A DNA stretch of 64,000 bases from Camelus ferus (taxonomy: Eukaryota), in the NCBI RefSeq assembly GCF_009834535.1, contig NC_045697.1, positions 118,298,001 through 118,362,000 of the forward strand, read 5' to 3'. The translations under genes were made by a program, and so were the position numbers. The notes under the pieces were generated by a model. It had not been told where the DNA came from. It worked only from the letters and a program-made list of their open reading frames with translations, and did no database searches. How positions within the stretch are numbered: the stretch's first letter is position 1; each line of letters opens with the position of its first letter. Below, piece after piece: positions 24,171 to 36,819 of the stretch.

Positions 24171-26124
24171 CTCAAGATGCTTTCTTGTTTTTACTGAAGA
24201 GTCAGGGAGGGGTAAGAAGAGTGTGGACACAGAGGACCCAGGAGTCCACGGAAGGAGCACATGTGACTCAGTGACTTTTCCTCACTTCTTTTTTTAAGAT
24301 AAAATTGGATTTTATTTGTATAGATCGATACCATTTTCAGCAGAAACAATTACATACACAGAAATGTACCCAGGGGCAAAATAAGGTGTAAGAATTTAAA
24401 GGAGAAAATTACAACAGCTTACAGAAAAATGGAAAATGAAACAAAGTAATAAACAAATAGCGTGTTCATGTGGGAAAATATTCAATATGTCAGGGCTTAC
24501 TCTCAGCCTTAAATTTGACATTCACTCCTTAGTAAGCATTTGAAGTGTGGAAACTGGTTTGGGAGTGGTCCAGTGCGTTGGAAAGTGAGCAGAGTTGGAG
24601 CAGAAAGTGCAGGGGGACCCCTGCTCCTCACCCCCTGCTGTACTGAGGCTGGAACCTCCCCCCACCTCCCCGACCCACACTGTGTCCTGGGTACCAGGGC
24701 AGGAAGAAGGCAGACGTGGTGGGGCCCGGGGTTAATGAACTGAGCTGACACACAAAGCAGCGCCTCACACTCTTCCCAGAACACTTCCCCAGTGTCTTGT
24801 TTCTCGAGGCCCAAGTGGAAGGTGTCCTTTGAAGCTGAATCGCATGGAAGAAACCCAGCTTATTAATTCAGAGACCTAAATGTATCAGCGTAAAGATAAT
24901 TAGGACCTGGAAGCTGCGAATCATTAAGAGCTGGAGAATCTTTTTTATCACTGAGTCTACGAGAGATGTTTATGGCAGTTGATATATAAATAATCTAGGC
25001 CCAGGCTTTGGAGGAGAAGGCTCCCGTCTCCTGGAGGCTGCGATGGAAAACAGCCACACCTGACTCAGGCAAAAGCTATGCCCTGGCCCCGTGAGCTAGC
25101 CTGCTCAAACAGGGTGAGTGTCACATTCCCACAGCAGGCCTGCAGCTTTTATCAAAGACCAAGATGATCAACCTGCCGCCATGTGAAACAAACAAGCACC
25201 AGGACCTTCTGCCAAAGACGGCGTCCATGCTCTGCCCGTGTTCGTGGGTTAACGACCCACATGAAAATTCCTTGCATCTTAGTACCTAGAAATTAACCTC
25301 TTTTAAAACATGAGGAAGCCTCCTTTTATTAAATAATGATTGTTATACAATGCATTTCTCTTATCACCTATGGAAGCGTAGGGCTCACGTTAGTAAGTTG
25401 TGGTACATGTTCACCAGCATAAGCCTGGACCATTGACATGCTCACATTTTCTTCATTATATGCCTTTTAAAAAGTATATATTCTTTTAAATATTGTACAT
25501 AATCACTTGACATTTGCCTTTTCTAAGCATGAAAATAAGATTCTGGAAGTTGGTTCTTCAGCTGAATTCTAGAGATTTTCAAGCTATTAAACTCCCACAG
25601 TGCCAGGAAGACGTGACTCAGGTTGTCATACAGAATGTTCTAATCTTGTGTTGATGACGTTGACAGCTGGTAAAGTCAGATCATTATTTTATGGCCCAGG
25701 GCAAGTCATTTAATATTTTCATCACTGCTCACCGTGGAATGCTAAGTTTCTATAAGTAAGCGCTTACAAATGGTACGAGCCGCAAGCACACATGAAGCAT
25801 TGGCCAAAATAAGGCACTTTCTACTTCCCCAAAACAGAATCCCAGGATAGAGAAAAAAATTTGGATTAAAAATATTTTAAAATATATTTCTCCAATAAAA
25901 ATGTGGTGATTTTTAAAAAATCCAAATACAACTTTTAAAGCAACTTTCACTGTAAGTTCTATGTTCAGTCAATACAGAAGACTTCAGATAAAATATGTCA
26001 CCATCTTTCCACTACTCCTCCCAGAATGTGTATAAAACAAGGAAGAATTTTTTCAAAAGCCACAAACCAAATATTCAGCACAGCTAAGAGGAGGATACAA
26101 CTTTCAGATTCAAAAATATGTGGC

Positions 26125-26296
26125 ACTATATATAAAAATAGATAAAAAAACAAATTTCTTCTGTACAGCCTAGGGAACTATATTCAATACCTTATAATAA
26201 CCTTTAACAAAAAAGAATGTGAAAATGAATATATGTGTGTATATGCATGACTGGGACATTGTGCTGTACACCAGAAATTGACACATTGTAGCAATA
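26125..26296 (+). mobile_element. Short L1 3'UTR insertion
   Basis: AGGGAACTATATTCAATACCTT...GTGCTGTACACCAGAAATTGACACATTGTA; reverse-complement match to about 37410-37590. Confidence 0.9.
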
Positions 26297-26318
26297 AAAG
26301 AAAGAAAGAGAGAGGAGG

Positions 26319-26355
<37 letters not shown>

Positions 26356-26463
26356 AAGAAAGGAAGGGAAGGGAAGGGAAGAGAAGAGAAGAGAAAAGAA
26401 GAGAAGAGAAGAGAAGAGAAGAGAAGAGAAGAGAAGAGAAGAGAAGAGAAGAGAAGAGAAGAA
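26296..26463. repeat. Compound polypurine microsatellite (GAAA/GA/GGGAA/GAAGA)n derived from the L1 tail
   Basis: About 165 bp of pure A/G, ending in a long GAAGA run. Confidence 0.95.
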
Positions 26464-26899
26464 TTCATCACTAGCAAGAAAAAAACAAATGTGGGAAGAT
26501 TTGCAAAAGTAGGTTTGATGGAACAGAAGTAACCCCAGAGGAAGTGGAGGAAAAATACTGCAGACAATGGCTCAAGGCAGCAGATCTCAGCATGCTCCAG
26601 GAAAGAAATTCATTTCTGAACAGTGAAAAGCTTCTACAGAGAAAAGTGGTGTCTATTCTTTGCAACCACGAGGGAAGGATTTTCCGAGTCTGCAGGACTG
26701 AAAAATGACTTCCAGATACAGCTTTTACCCACGCAGGCCAGAGAAGCGGGGCTGCGCGGAGAGTTACCGACAGAGCCACCTCCCGGTGACGCGATCGTAC
26801 TCCATCAGGTCACGTGGACGCCACGGGGCCCTCACTCCCCGTGGGAGTCCTTTACGGGTGGCTGATTCTGGGAACTGCAACTCATTCAACGGCGAATTT

Positions 26900-28450
26900 T
26901 AAAACAACTGCTGACACAACATCCAAAGTATATACCAAAAGGGACAAAAAAAAAAAAAAAATGGAAAAGAACAGAAAAATAACAATTGAAGAAAATTTAC
27001 TGAAAAAAAAAAAAAAAACATTGGCATGAAACAGTTAAAAACTGATGTCCAAATATTTTGCCCTGAGTTAAAATATCTTAATAGATTAATAATATTTGTT
27101 GAAGAAAACCACTGATCAGAAAAATAAAAACTCCAAAAAGTTGTTTCAAGGTAACAGAAGGAAATAAAATGGGAGCCAGTAGTTGCAGGGGGGGAAAAAT
27201 CAAGGGCAAACAAAGCATAATAAAAATAAAGTTGATACTGCAAGAATACAAAGGAAAATAGAATTTATGAAAAGCACAGTAAAGGACATCAAATCTAGAA
27301 ACAAAAATAATAACATGCAGTGGGGAAAGGAGAATATTTAGGAAGAAAATGATGTCTATAAAAGACAGAGGAAATCCAGCATAAATATAATTTATGCCCC
27401 AAACAAAACATAGCAATAGAATACAGCACACAGTCAAAGACTGCGGAAAGCAATATTATTGATCAAAATAGTGTGGCAGTAAAGAGTGAAAAAGACAGAA
27501 AAGGAAACACCATTTTAGCGTTGTTCAAAGTGAGGAACCAATAGAGATTCTCTTTAAAAACTTGGCATCTAAGAGAAAGTTATGTGTATTAAGAATAAGA
27601 ATAAAAATAATCAAAACCTTTCAAAACTGAATAAAAACTTTCCAAAACACAAGAAGACCCATATACATACATGAACACAGAGCCAAGAAATAGCCCACAG
27701 AGTAAAATTATTTCAGTAACTGTAAACTGAGAAAATGTAAAATTAGGCAAAAGGCCACTATGATCCATATTAATGTAAGTAGCTTTACTCTCCTATTAAG
27801 GAAAAGATTTTTAAATTTGTTAACAAAAACAAAATCTAAATCTGTTCTGTACACAAGGATCTCAAGAAAATTAGCTACAGATTGAGTCACAAAGAAAATC
27901 TAAATAAATTTTAAAAGAAGTCAAAAATAGCTCAGAAAATACTTCCTAATCAAAATTCAATAATACAAAAAAACCATGGACTCATAAAGTAAAATGCCTC
28001 TTCAAATGTGAAACTTAAAAACTCTTTCTTAAACAAATCTGAAGCAAAACTTCACAATGTAATCATAACAAAAATATCAAAACCTATGAGATATAACTAA
28101 AGAGCACTTTTATTGAAAATGTCATAGTTTTATATTTTATATCAATAAAGAGATGCTGAACACAAATTATTTAAATGGACTCAAAAAAGCAGTAAAAAAT
28201 AAACAAAATAAACAAATGGGAAAAGAAGGGGTGGGGTTAAGAAAATACTATATATATAAAACTAGAATAAATCATAAGATTAGAAAATGAGTAGAGCAGA
28301 AAAACCTGGAATGGATAAATAAACAGCAGTAAAAATCAATAAATAAAGTAGGGGATAAATAATCATGACAAAAAGGGAGCTGCACAAATAGATGAAATAA
28401 ATGACGGTGAGTAAATATATACAGAAACATGTAAGAAAATTAAAAAGAAT
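26900..28450 (+). mobile_element. Ancient L1 ORF1/ORF2 remnants
   Basis: A-rich strand bias; ATTAATGTAAGTAGCTTTACTCTCCTATTAAG resembles the start of the ORF2 endonuclease (NVNGLNSPIKR). Confidence 0.65.
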
Positions 28451-28984
28451 CATCCAAGACCACGGTCCCTCTCTCCACACAGAGAGTGCATGTAGAGGTC
28501 AATTCCAACTTTAAATGAAGTGTGTGTAGATAATTGAAACAAAGGATATTGGCATCACTGTAATAATGATCAAGGTAAAATTAGTTCTTCAAAGTCCTGA
28601 AAACGTTACTCACCTTTATGGTTTCATATGCACGGAATTTCACATGAGTCTTTGAACACTGACATTCCTGAACATATCACAGTTTTAAGAGAATCTCACT
28701 TCGTCTTTTATAGAAAATGACTTGGGGTGATAAATGGATAAAATTTTTGAATCATATTATAATTTGGTTCACCCAGAAACATTGTTTTGAGATTGTTATT
28801 CACAAAAATATTTGTCAATATAAAAGTTGAACTTATTTAAATGTATTATGAATGGCTTTGTTCTTTACCCACTGTTTAACACCCATAGTTTTGTGTATTA
28901 ATATCACTTTCTTTCTAAGTGAAGGGCATTGCAATAATAAAGCATGGCAGTCCTGTTCATCTGTAGGCTGAGAACTAGATGAAC

Positions 28985-29265
28985 ATTCAAAGCCGGATTC
29001 CTGATGGTGGTCCCTAAGGCCCTTCACGTGGTGTCCAGCCCCTTCCTGGACAGCAACCCATCTGACACGGTCTCCTCTTACTCTCCCAAGTTTCACTTGC
29101 CCCCACCTAGCCTCCAACATGGCAGGCATGCTCCTACCACAGGGCCTTTGCACCTGCTGGGATGCTCTTCCCAACATCTTCATGGGTCATAGGTTACTGC
29201 CTTCAGATTTTGGCTGAATTGTAGTTTTTCTCATGAGACCTTGCTAATAACCCTATTAAAATTCA
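28985..29265 (+). mobile_element. L2 fragment
   Basis: AAGGCCCTTCA...CTCCTACCACAGGGCCTTTGCACCTGCTG. Confidence 0.8.
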
Positions 29266-30030
29266 TATCAGAACTCTGTCTGCCAAGCTCAGTGCTGAGA
29301 GAGATCCAACCCATTCAGCCTATGGTTTGATCTCCCCCTCGGGTGAAAGAGTGAGCAAAATACCCATCCAAAGTCCTCAGCCTTTGGGGGGCTGTGCTCA
29401 GGCGTTGGACATCCCCTCAGCTCAGAGCACTGAGGCAGGTGGCATCTTGGAAGGCCAGGGAACAGCTGAAAACAGAGATGGGGCAGGGGTCTCAGCAGCC
29501 TTCATGCGCTGTGAGGCTGGGAGAGGGCACACAGCCCTGACACTGGTCCTTCAGGAAGACGGGGGAGAAGTGGAGTCTGAGCCCAGGCACTTCCCCAGGG
29601 GCAGCAGCCAGCACAGCTGGGCCAGGAAGAGGCACAAAGCCTGAGACTTCTCCATCAGGAGGGAGGAAGCTCAGCAGAGCACGCACATCCGCAGGAAGCA
29701 CTGAAAGGCTCCCAGAGCCTCTAGGCTGGATGATTGGAAGTGATTTTCCCTGCGGGCATCAGTCTATAATGACTGGAAGAGATGGTTGCCTCTTCAAATG
29801 TGCAGACACTGACATAAAACTATCAAGGAGCACAAAAAATCAGAGAAATATCGTACTGTCAAAGGAACCCAACAAATCTCCAGTAACTAACCCTAAAGAA
29901 ATGGACATATCTATTAATTGTCTGACCATGAATTTAAAATAATCATCTTACACAGCTCAGAGAGCTATCAGAGAACACAGACAACTAATCAAAACCAGAA
30001 ATATGATACATGAAAAAAAATGAAAACATC

Positions 30031-30068
30031 TTGTAAACTGACAATAATTCAATAAAATAAAATTTTTT
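30031..30068 (+). mobile_element. 38-bp tail-only L1 insertion
   Basis: TTGTAAACTGACAATAATTCAATAAA matches the last bases of the young L1 (6706-6730); TSD AAAAAATGAAAACATC (30015-30030) / AAAAAGTGAAAACATC (30069-30084). Confidence 0.85.
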
Positions 30069-30428
30069 AAAAAGTGAAAACATCAACAAAGACACAGAAA
30101 CCATAAAACATAACCAATCAGAAGTTCTGGAATTTAAGAATACAGAAAACAAAAGTTAAGTGTTGACAAGGTTGTGGAAAAATTGTACATTGTTGGTGGG
30201 AATGTAAAATGGTACAGCGGCTAAGGAAAACGGCATGGTGGTGCATTTAAACATTAAAAATAGAACTACCAGCAATCCGCTTCTAGGTCCTCATCTGAGA
30301 TTTGAAATAAGGGTCTCAGAGAGATATTTGCCATCTCAGGTTCACTGCAGCACTGCTCACGATAGCTAAGATTTGGAAACAAGCCAGGTGTCCATTGACA
30401 GATGACTGGATAAGGAAAATGTGGTATA

Positions 30429-31029
30429 AGACTTCCAGCTGCAAAATAAATGCCACAATGATGAAATGTGCAATGTGGGGAATGTAGTCAACAGTGATGT
30501 AATATCTTTGTGTGGCAACAGATGCTAACTAGAAATGTATAGAAATATCCACTCACTGTGTTGCGTAACAGGAACTAACACAGAGTTGTGGCTCAGTTAT
30601 GCTCAGAAACAAACTCATGGAAAAATAGATCCAATCTGTGGTTACCAGAGGTGGGAGGTAGGGAGAGGGGGAATTGGATGAGTGCAGACAAAAGGTACAA
30701 ACCTCCAGTTATAAGATAAATAAGCATGAGGAATGTCATGTCCAACACGATAAATGCAATTAACATGGCTGTGTTACATATGACAGTTGTTGAGAGTAAC
30801 TCTTAAGAGTTCTCATCACAAGGACAATTTTTTTTCTATTTCTTTATTTTTGTGCCTATATAAGATGATAGATGTTTGCTAAAAAAACTGATTGTGATAA
30901 TCGTTCTGTGATGTATGTCAGTCCAGTCACTATGCTGCACACTTTAGGCTTACACAGTGCTATTATGTCTACTATAGTGCAATAAAACTGGAAAAAAAGA
31001 ATAAAACAACAATGAAAATAATAAAGAAA
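30429..31029 (+). mobile_element. L1 3'UTR inserted into the older L1
   Basis: Own AATAAA and A-tail; decayed TSD AAGGAAAATGTGGTATA (30412-30428) / AAAGAAAATATGGGATA (31030-31046). Confidence 0.8.
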
Positions 31030-31589
31030 AAAGAAAATATGGGATATACATAAAATGGAATATTATTCAGCTTTGAAAAGGAGGAAATCCTGCCACATGT
31101 ACAGAACGAATGAACCTAGAGGAGACCATGCCCTGTGAAATAAATCAGTCATAGGACAAACACTGCATGACTCCGTGTCTGGGAGGTACCTGAAACAGTC
31201 AGTCATAGAAGCAGAGGATGAAACAGGGCTGCTACAGGTGGGGGGGTGGGAGAAATTCAATGTCAAGGTATAAAATTCCACTGTGCTACATGAATAAATT
31301 CTAGAGCTCTGTGTACCACGGAGTGCTTAACTGGGTTGTATGCACATCTGGATTTGTTAAAGGGGTAGGTCTCATGTTAAGAGCTCTTACCAATTCAAAA
31401 CCCCAGGAAGCAACACACACACAAAGAGACACAAGGAAACTGGAAGACGTTGGCTACGCCTGTTACTTTGATTGCAGTGATAGTATTGCGGTGTATATAT
31501 GCTCCAAACTACAAAACTGTACACATTGAATATATCTTTATCAATTATACCTCAATACAGCTGCTAAAAAGAAACTATTAAATGGTAAT

Positions 31590-31880
31590 AAATGCTACAG
31601 ACATTTTTTAAATGAAATAATGAGACTGGTTGCCTAATAAGTTTGAATCATCAGAAAAGGTCTTTCTGGAGATACGGATTTAAGTAAAAATCTGAAAGAC
31701 AAGAAGAAGCCAGTCATAAAAATATCATGTAAAAAGAAAGCCATGAAGGGAGAAAGCTGCTGTCAAGGCTCTAAAGTAAGGAAGGACTTGGCATTTTTGA
31801 CAAACAGAGGAAACACCAAGGTGGCTGTAGGAACACCGGCAGGAGGAAATGATGGTACAAGATGCCCTGAAAGAGGCACA
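31590..31880 (-). mobile_element. L2 fragment
   Basis: TCAGAAAAGGTCTTTCTGGAG...AATCTGAAAGACAAGAAGAAGCCAG...AAGGTGGCTG. Confidence 0.7.
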
Positions 31881-32359
31881 TTTTGGAATTAAGTGCCCAC
31901 CAGGCTTCTAACCTGGAGAAATCGCAATACGTGTCTGATACTCAGGTGTAAATTTTGGGAGATGTCTGGAAAGTATGGGAGCTTTTGCTGTAAGATGACA
32001 TTCACGTCGGGAGAGATTCCAAATCTAGCTTTAGCCTCGGGCCACACTGCAGAAGAGGAGGGGAACCAGGTCTATGTGTTACTTTCTGTTTGAGGTGCGT
32101 GATCTCGCAAGTTCTCGTGTCCTAGAGGGGCTGCCCATTCAAACTGGTCGTTCAGACTTTGTCTGGAATTTATAGGCAAGAAGGAAAAGACACAGTGATG
32201 AACAGCTCAGTGCCAAACAAGATTACTTTAACAGACTTTTTAAATAGGACGTAAAAAGGGAGAGCAGTTGCTCCAAATGGTTATGACAATACAGGAACAG
32301 TGGACTGTCATTCAGGTGGCATTCATTTGTTGGAAGAGAGGAGGGTTGTACCCAAAGCA

Positions 32360-33110
32360 CTAGCCACTCATTGACCCCTTGTGGTTACATTTACAGGGTT
32401 CTCAGTGTGTGGCAAGGTGGAGACAGCAACAGGGCAGAGCCCACTTCCCATGAATTCACCATCTACACAGAGAGACAGGAAAGGTGACCCCTGGCCACAC
32501 TACAGAGGAAGCGGCGCTAAGCAGAGGTGGGCACAGAGGGAGATGAGACGCCGAGCTCTAACCGTGGTGGTCAAGGGAGGCCACGTGGACAAGCATTCGT
32601 TTTGCCTGAGCAGGTTCTCTGAGGATGCTGGCTGTGCCAGGAAAGCCCTGAAACAGGGTGGAGGGGGGCTCTGAATGTGTAAAAGCTTAGAGGAAGAAAA
32701 CTATGTGTATACATACATATACACACATAACTTCATACATATTTTGTATTGTATTTATACTTACATTCTATTATACATACTGAATCTCCATTATTTGAAA
32801 AATAGGAAAAGTGCATGGTTTATATGAGCTAATAAATTTAAATAACATCTTGGGAATGACAGAGATTGATAGAATGATTAAGGGGTTTGAGCAAAACTGT
32901 AATTTGATTTGCATCTGAGAATAATGGAGAGTCGGTGATGGATTTGAGGGTCATTAGAGAGGTGATTGGCACAGACCTTGGTGCTGTGTTGGAGGGACGA
33001 GAGGCAGAGGTCCAGGAAGACCTGCATCTGTGACCTGGGGCTTGGGAAGATGTGGGAGCATCAGGAAAGAGGAATAGAAGCAGGTGTGGGAGGAAAAAAG
33101 ATGACTAAGA
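32360..33110 (-). mobile_element. L2 fragments interrupted by a TA/CA-rich tract
   Basis: GGTGGTCAAGGGAGGCC; TTTGATTTGCATCTGAGAATAATGGAGAGTC. Confidence 0.5.
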
Positions 33111-35194
33111 GTAAGCTTTTCTTTTCTACGTCTATTCCTGTCTTTGGAATTAAACAGAAGAATCACAGAATTTCTCTTGTTGTTGTTAGTGTGGTTATAC
33201 TGTCCTGCATTTTATTTCTGTATTTCCAAAAATAGTTAGAAAGAGAAATAAAAGACGTTGAGAAGTGTGGTTTCCAGGAGGCGGTGGCTCTCCGGGCTGT
33301 GGGACTGAGGGTGGCAGGGCTCCTGGAGTTACACTCACTTCACTACTGTGGACACAGGCCTGTCGCTGAAAGTTTGGGGCGGAGTGAAGATACCTTAGCT
33401 CACCCCCCGTTTGTCACCCATGGAGAGTTAGTGTCTCGCTGTAGCTGAATAAAGTGTTCAACAAAATCCAGACAACAGATTGAAAATGACAGACAGCTTA
33501 TGACCAAAAAAGAAATCCGCCACCGAATGGAGCTGCTCACGATCTCTGCACGCCTTGTAAGTGTCCTCTCCGTGGGGAGAGAAGGACCGGGGGTGACAAA
33601 GACAGGCTTCGTTCAGGACACGGACCAGGCGTCCCACCTCCTCCATCCAGAGCGACCCCCCTTCCCTCTGGTTCTACCTTGAGCTTTCACTCCTGGGGGC
33701 TGTGGGGGGCAGAGGAGAAACACTCTGCAGGATCTGGGGCAAGAAGATTTAATCAAACCTTCTCTAGATGGTGCTACTGGTATTTCTCCCTGTTGGTTTA
33801 AAAATCAGCCACCAGGTTTCCCACTACGATGACAGCAAATGGTGCTGTGCTTAATTTTTGTTATTTTCAACAGTTCAGAATTAAAGGGCTTCTCGTGGGG
33901 TCCACAGTGAGCCTCATTAATAGTATAATAGTCCCATTTAAATTTAATAGAACGTTTAAAAGTGAAAAGCCTATTTTATGAGGGTAAGTCCCAGTTCAGG
34001 CATCATCTTGGTTAAGGAAGAGGAAATAGACCTTTGGGTACCAGTTTTAGGGGGTGAATCCAGTAGATGTCAGAGCAACTGGCTTACTTCATGGCATTGT
34101 CTGTGGCAGGGCAAGCCCCGACGCCAGGGCTGAGATCTGTCTTACTCTTGGTCAGATTCCACTGAAAAGGAAAGCTTCAGCGTCCTGTGGAAAGCTCCTT
34201 CTGTGGGCAGAAAACACTGGAGGACGTCAGAGGAGAGAGATGGGCTCGTCCACGTTCCGCTCTTGGCAAGTGACAAAAACGTCTTCCAGCAGAATAATTA
34301 TAAGGTTATGATCCATGGACAGTGATTGTAACATGCACCTGCTAACTAGCATGTGGGATCAAGAAAGTTCATTCAGTCTCTGAAAGCAGACATTTTCTCC
34401 TTCAAAATGAAAGTAGAGAGGAAGGTGCATTTCCACTTTGTTTTATAATAGTCAAGTTTGCTATTAGCCTAATTAGAGGGGAAGCAGTGTGACCATTCTG
34501 CAGCGGATGCTGTGATGTGACTATCTCTCAGGAAAGCTCAAAGTGGGAAGGGGGAAAAAAAGATAATTGAATAACCACAATTCAATTAACAGTTGTGGCA
34601 AAGTTTAATTTACTTGAAAAGCCAGGGGTTGTAATTTCATGATCTTGTAGAAACAGCACAGCACCCATTAACATCACATTCACTCTTCTTTTCTTTGTAG
34701 TCAGATGACAGAAGGGACTATATTTAGACTTCTACATGGACTGTTTTAGCCCAGTGTCTCTGAAAGGGGAACTGCGAAGACAATTTCACATCCAATACTG
34801 ATATTCAGACTTTAATCAGTATATATTAAAGAGAGTCCTCTCCGTGTGGGATACTTGTCTCTGTGTAGACACTGTCTCCCAGGGAAGGAAACACATGAAG
34901 ACTGTGCAATTAGGCTGAAATAAAGCCCATCGTTCAGTGCAGTGCGTGAGGCCATGGTTGCTATGGTAACTGCTTTCTTACAAGACCCCTTATGCATAGT
35001 AATTTCCTAGCTTTTTCCATTCTGAGCAACGTACTTACTGTCCACGTGTCTGTTTTTAGTGGGCTTCCACCCTTGGTGTTCCCAAAAAGGGGCGGATCCA
35101 CTATTTGCAAGTAACTTCAGGTCCTCGATTTTCCATTCTTTTGTAACTTCCCTGATACACAATTTTAATTTGTATCCACCTTGAGACTAATTAA

Positions 35195-36014
35195 TGGGTG
35201 AACGATTTGAATAGACATTTCTCTAAGAAGTTAAGAAAATGTCCAATCAGCACAGGATATGATGCCCAGTCTCATGTTTTAGGAAAATGCAAATAAAAAC
35301 CACAGAGAGATATCATTTCACACCCAGAAGGAAGGCTGAAATAAAAAAAGATAGACAACATAACAAGTGTTGTCAGGATGTGAAAAAAATAAAACTTTTA
35401 TTCATCACCAGTGGGTACGTAACAGGGAGCAGCTGCTTTGGAAAACAGTTTGGCGGTTCCTCAAAATGTTCAAAATAAAGTTCCCCTATGACCCAGTGAT
35501 TCCAATCTTAGACCTTTAGTCAAGAAAAATAAAAACATATGTTCACTTGAAACTTGCACACAAATGTTCATAGCATCATTATTCTAAATAGCCCAAAAGT
35601 GGAAACACCCCAAATATCTATCAAATCATGAATGAATTAACAAATGTCTTTGGCAATAAAAATGATGAAACATGGATGCATGCTACCACATGGATGAACC
35701 TTGAAAACGTTTTGTTAAATGAGACCAACCAGGCACAAAATACCACATAGTGCATGGTTCCAGTCATGGGAAATATCCAGAAAAGGCAAATCCAGAGAGA
35801 CAAAGCAAGCCAGGCTTGCCAGGGGCCAGGGGGAGGGAGGAACTGGTGTGACTGGTAATGCTGTAATGGAAATGCTGTAGACTTAGATAGTGGTGATAGA
35901 TTAGCCAGTGCACACTCCGTGAATGTCCATTTGAGAATCACTAAATTGTGCACTCTGTAAGAGCCAATTTTATGGTACGTGAATTATACCTCCATTGAAC
36001 TGTTATTTAAAAAA
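35195..36014 (+). mobile_element. L1MB-type 3' fragment
   Basis: ORF 35287-35478 (MQIKTTERYHFTP) is L1 ORF2-like; 3' end TTATGGTACGTGAATTATACCTC. Confidence 0.9.
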
Positions 36015-36059
36015 CATTAAAGGGAGCATCTCGGACCCAGAATGAACCTCTAGCAATCA

Positions 36060-36170
36060 TTTGACCTTCATGTCTTTACTCCACAGATGAGGAAACTGAT
36101 GCCAAAAACAGGTAAATTCATTGCTTAAGGGCACAACTCTCAGATCAGTTGACTCTGAATTCCGTGCGTG
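36060..36170 (-). mobile_element. MIR core
   Basis: ACAGATGAGGAAACTGA...TTGCTTAAGGGCACA. Confidence 0.75.
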
Positions 36171-36819
36171 TCCTGCTCTGTGATGAATGTTCAGCGTGTG
36201 CATAAGGGTGTCAGAGCATCTGAGATTGCTTAGGTACATATTTAATATCTAAGCAACATGTCTGATTTCTTTTTTTCAGAGACCCTGGGAAGATTGCCCC
36301 ATTGGATAAGCATTCCAAGCTATAAGCAAGTATCAGTTGGAACTGAAACTCAGGCTTACAATGTCAAGATTTAAAAGCACTTCAGGACTGAGATTTAATA
36401 CACAGTTTGCTGGATCCAGACAGACCTGCCTCCTAGTTCTGGTTCAAGTGTGACACATTTCCTCGTAGGATTGATGCGAGATTTTGGTAAAATGTTTATC
36501 AAGTATTTTTCCTTCATGTCAGACACGTATTGGGGTCTTATTAAGGGTACATTCCTTTCCTGTCTTCTTGTTTCCTTTGCCCTCCTTAAAATTGAAGTAT
36601 TTCTGGAAAGCATAGAGCATTAAACACATTTTAATAAGATCTTGAACTCACGTATATGACCTTTCAACAGTGAGGGTGCCAGGAGTGTGAGGGTCTTAGG
36701 TCCCTAAGTGGGGGGTGGGGTGGGGACAGAGAGAGAGAGAGAAAGAGAGAAGAGTGAAGAATTATGCAGCAGGGAGGGAGGCTGGGCAGACTAAGGGCTA
36801 CCTCAATTTAGGTTGTGAT

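Larger units (their letters stand above)
29275..31572 (+). mobile_element. L1MA-type element: 5'UTR and ORF1 start fused to ORF2 end and 3'UTR, with two nested inserts
   Basis: ORF1 start (CCAGTAACTAACCCTAAAGAAATGG) to about 30143, then ORF2-end motifs (CATTGTTGGTGGGAATGTAAAATGG); 3' end TCAATTATACCTCAATACAGCTG. Confidence 0.8.

Noticed and set aside
26464..26495. Possible L1 3' transduction after the purine tail
   Set aside because: The extra sequence is about 15 bp and the putative TSD (AAATATGTGG / CAAATGTGG) is too weak to define the insertion end.
26184..26567. ORFs with SSLLF / EEKRR repeats
   Set aside because: Translations of the GAAGA microsatellite.
28985..31880. Oppositely oriented L2 fragments bracketing the L1 nest (possible inverted repeat or composite element)
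   Set aside because: Independent ancient copies too diverged to pair, with no shared TSD.
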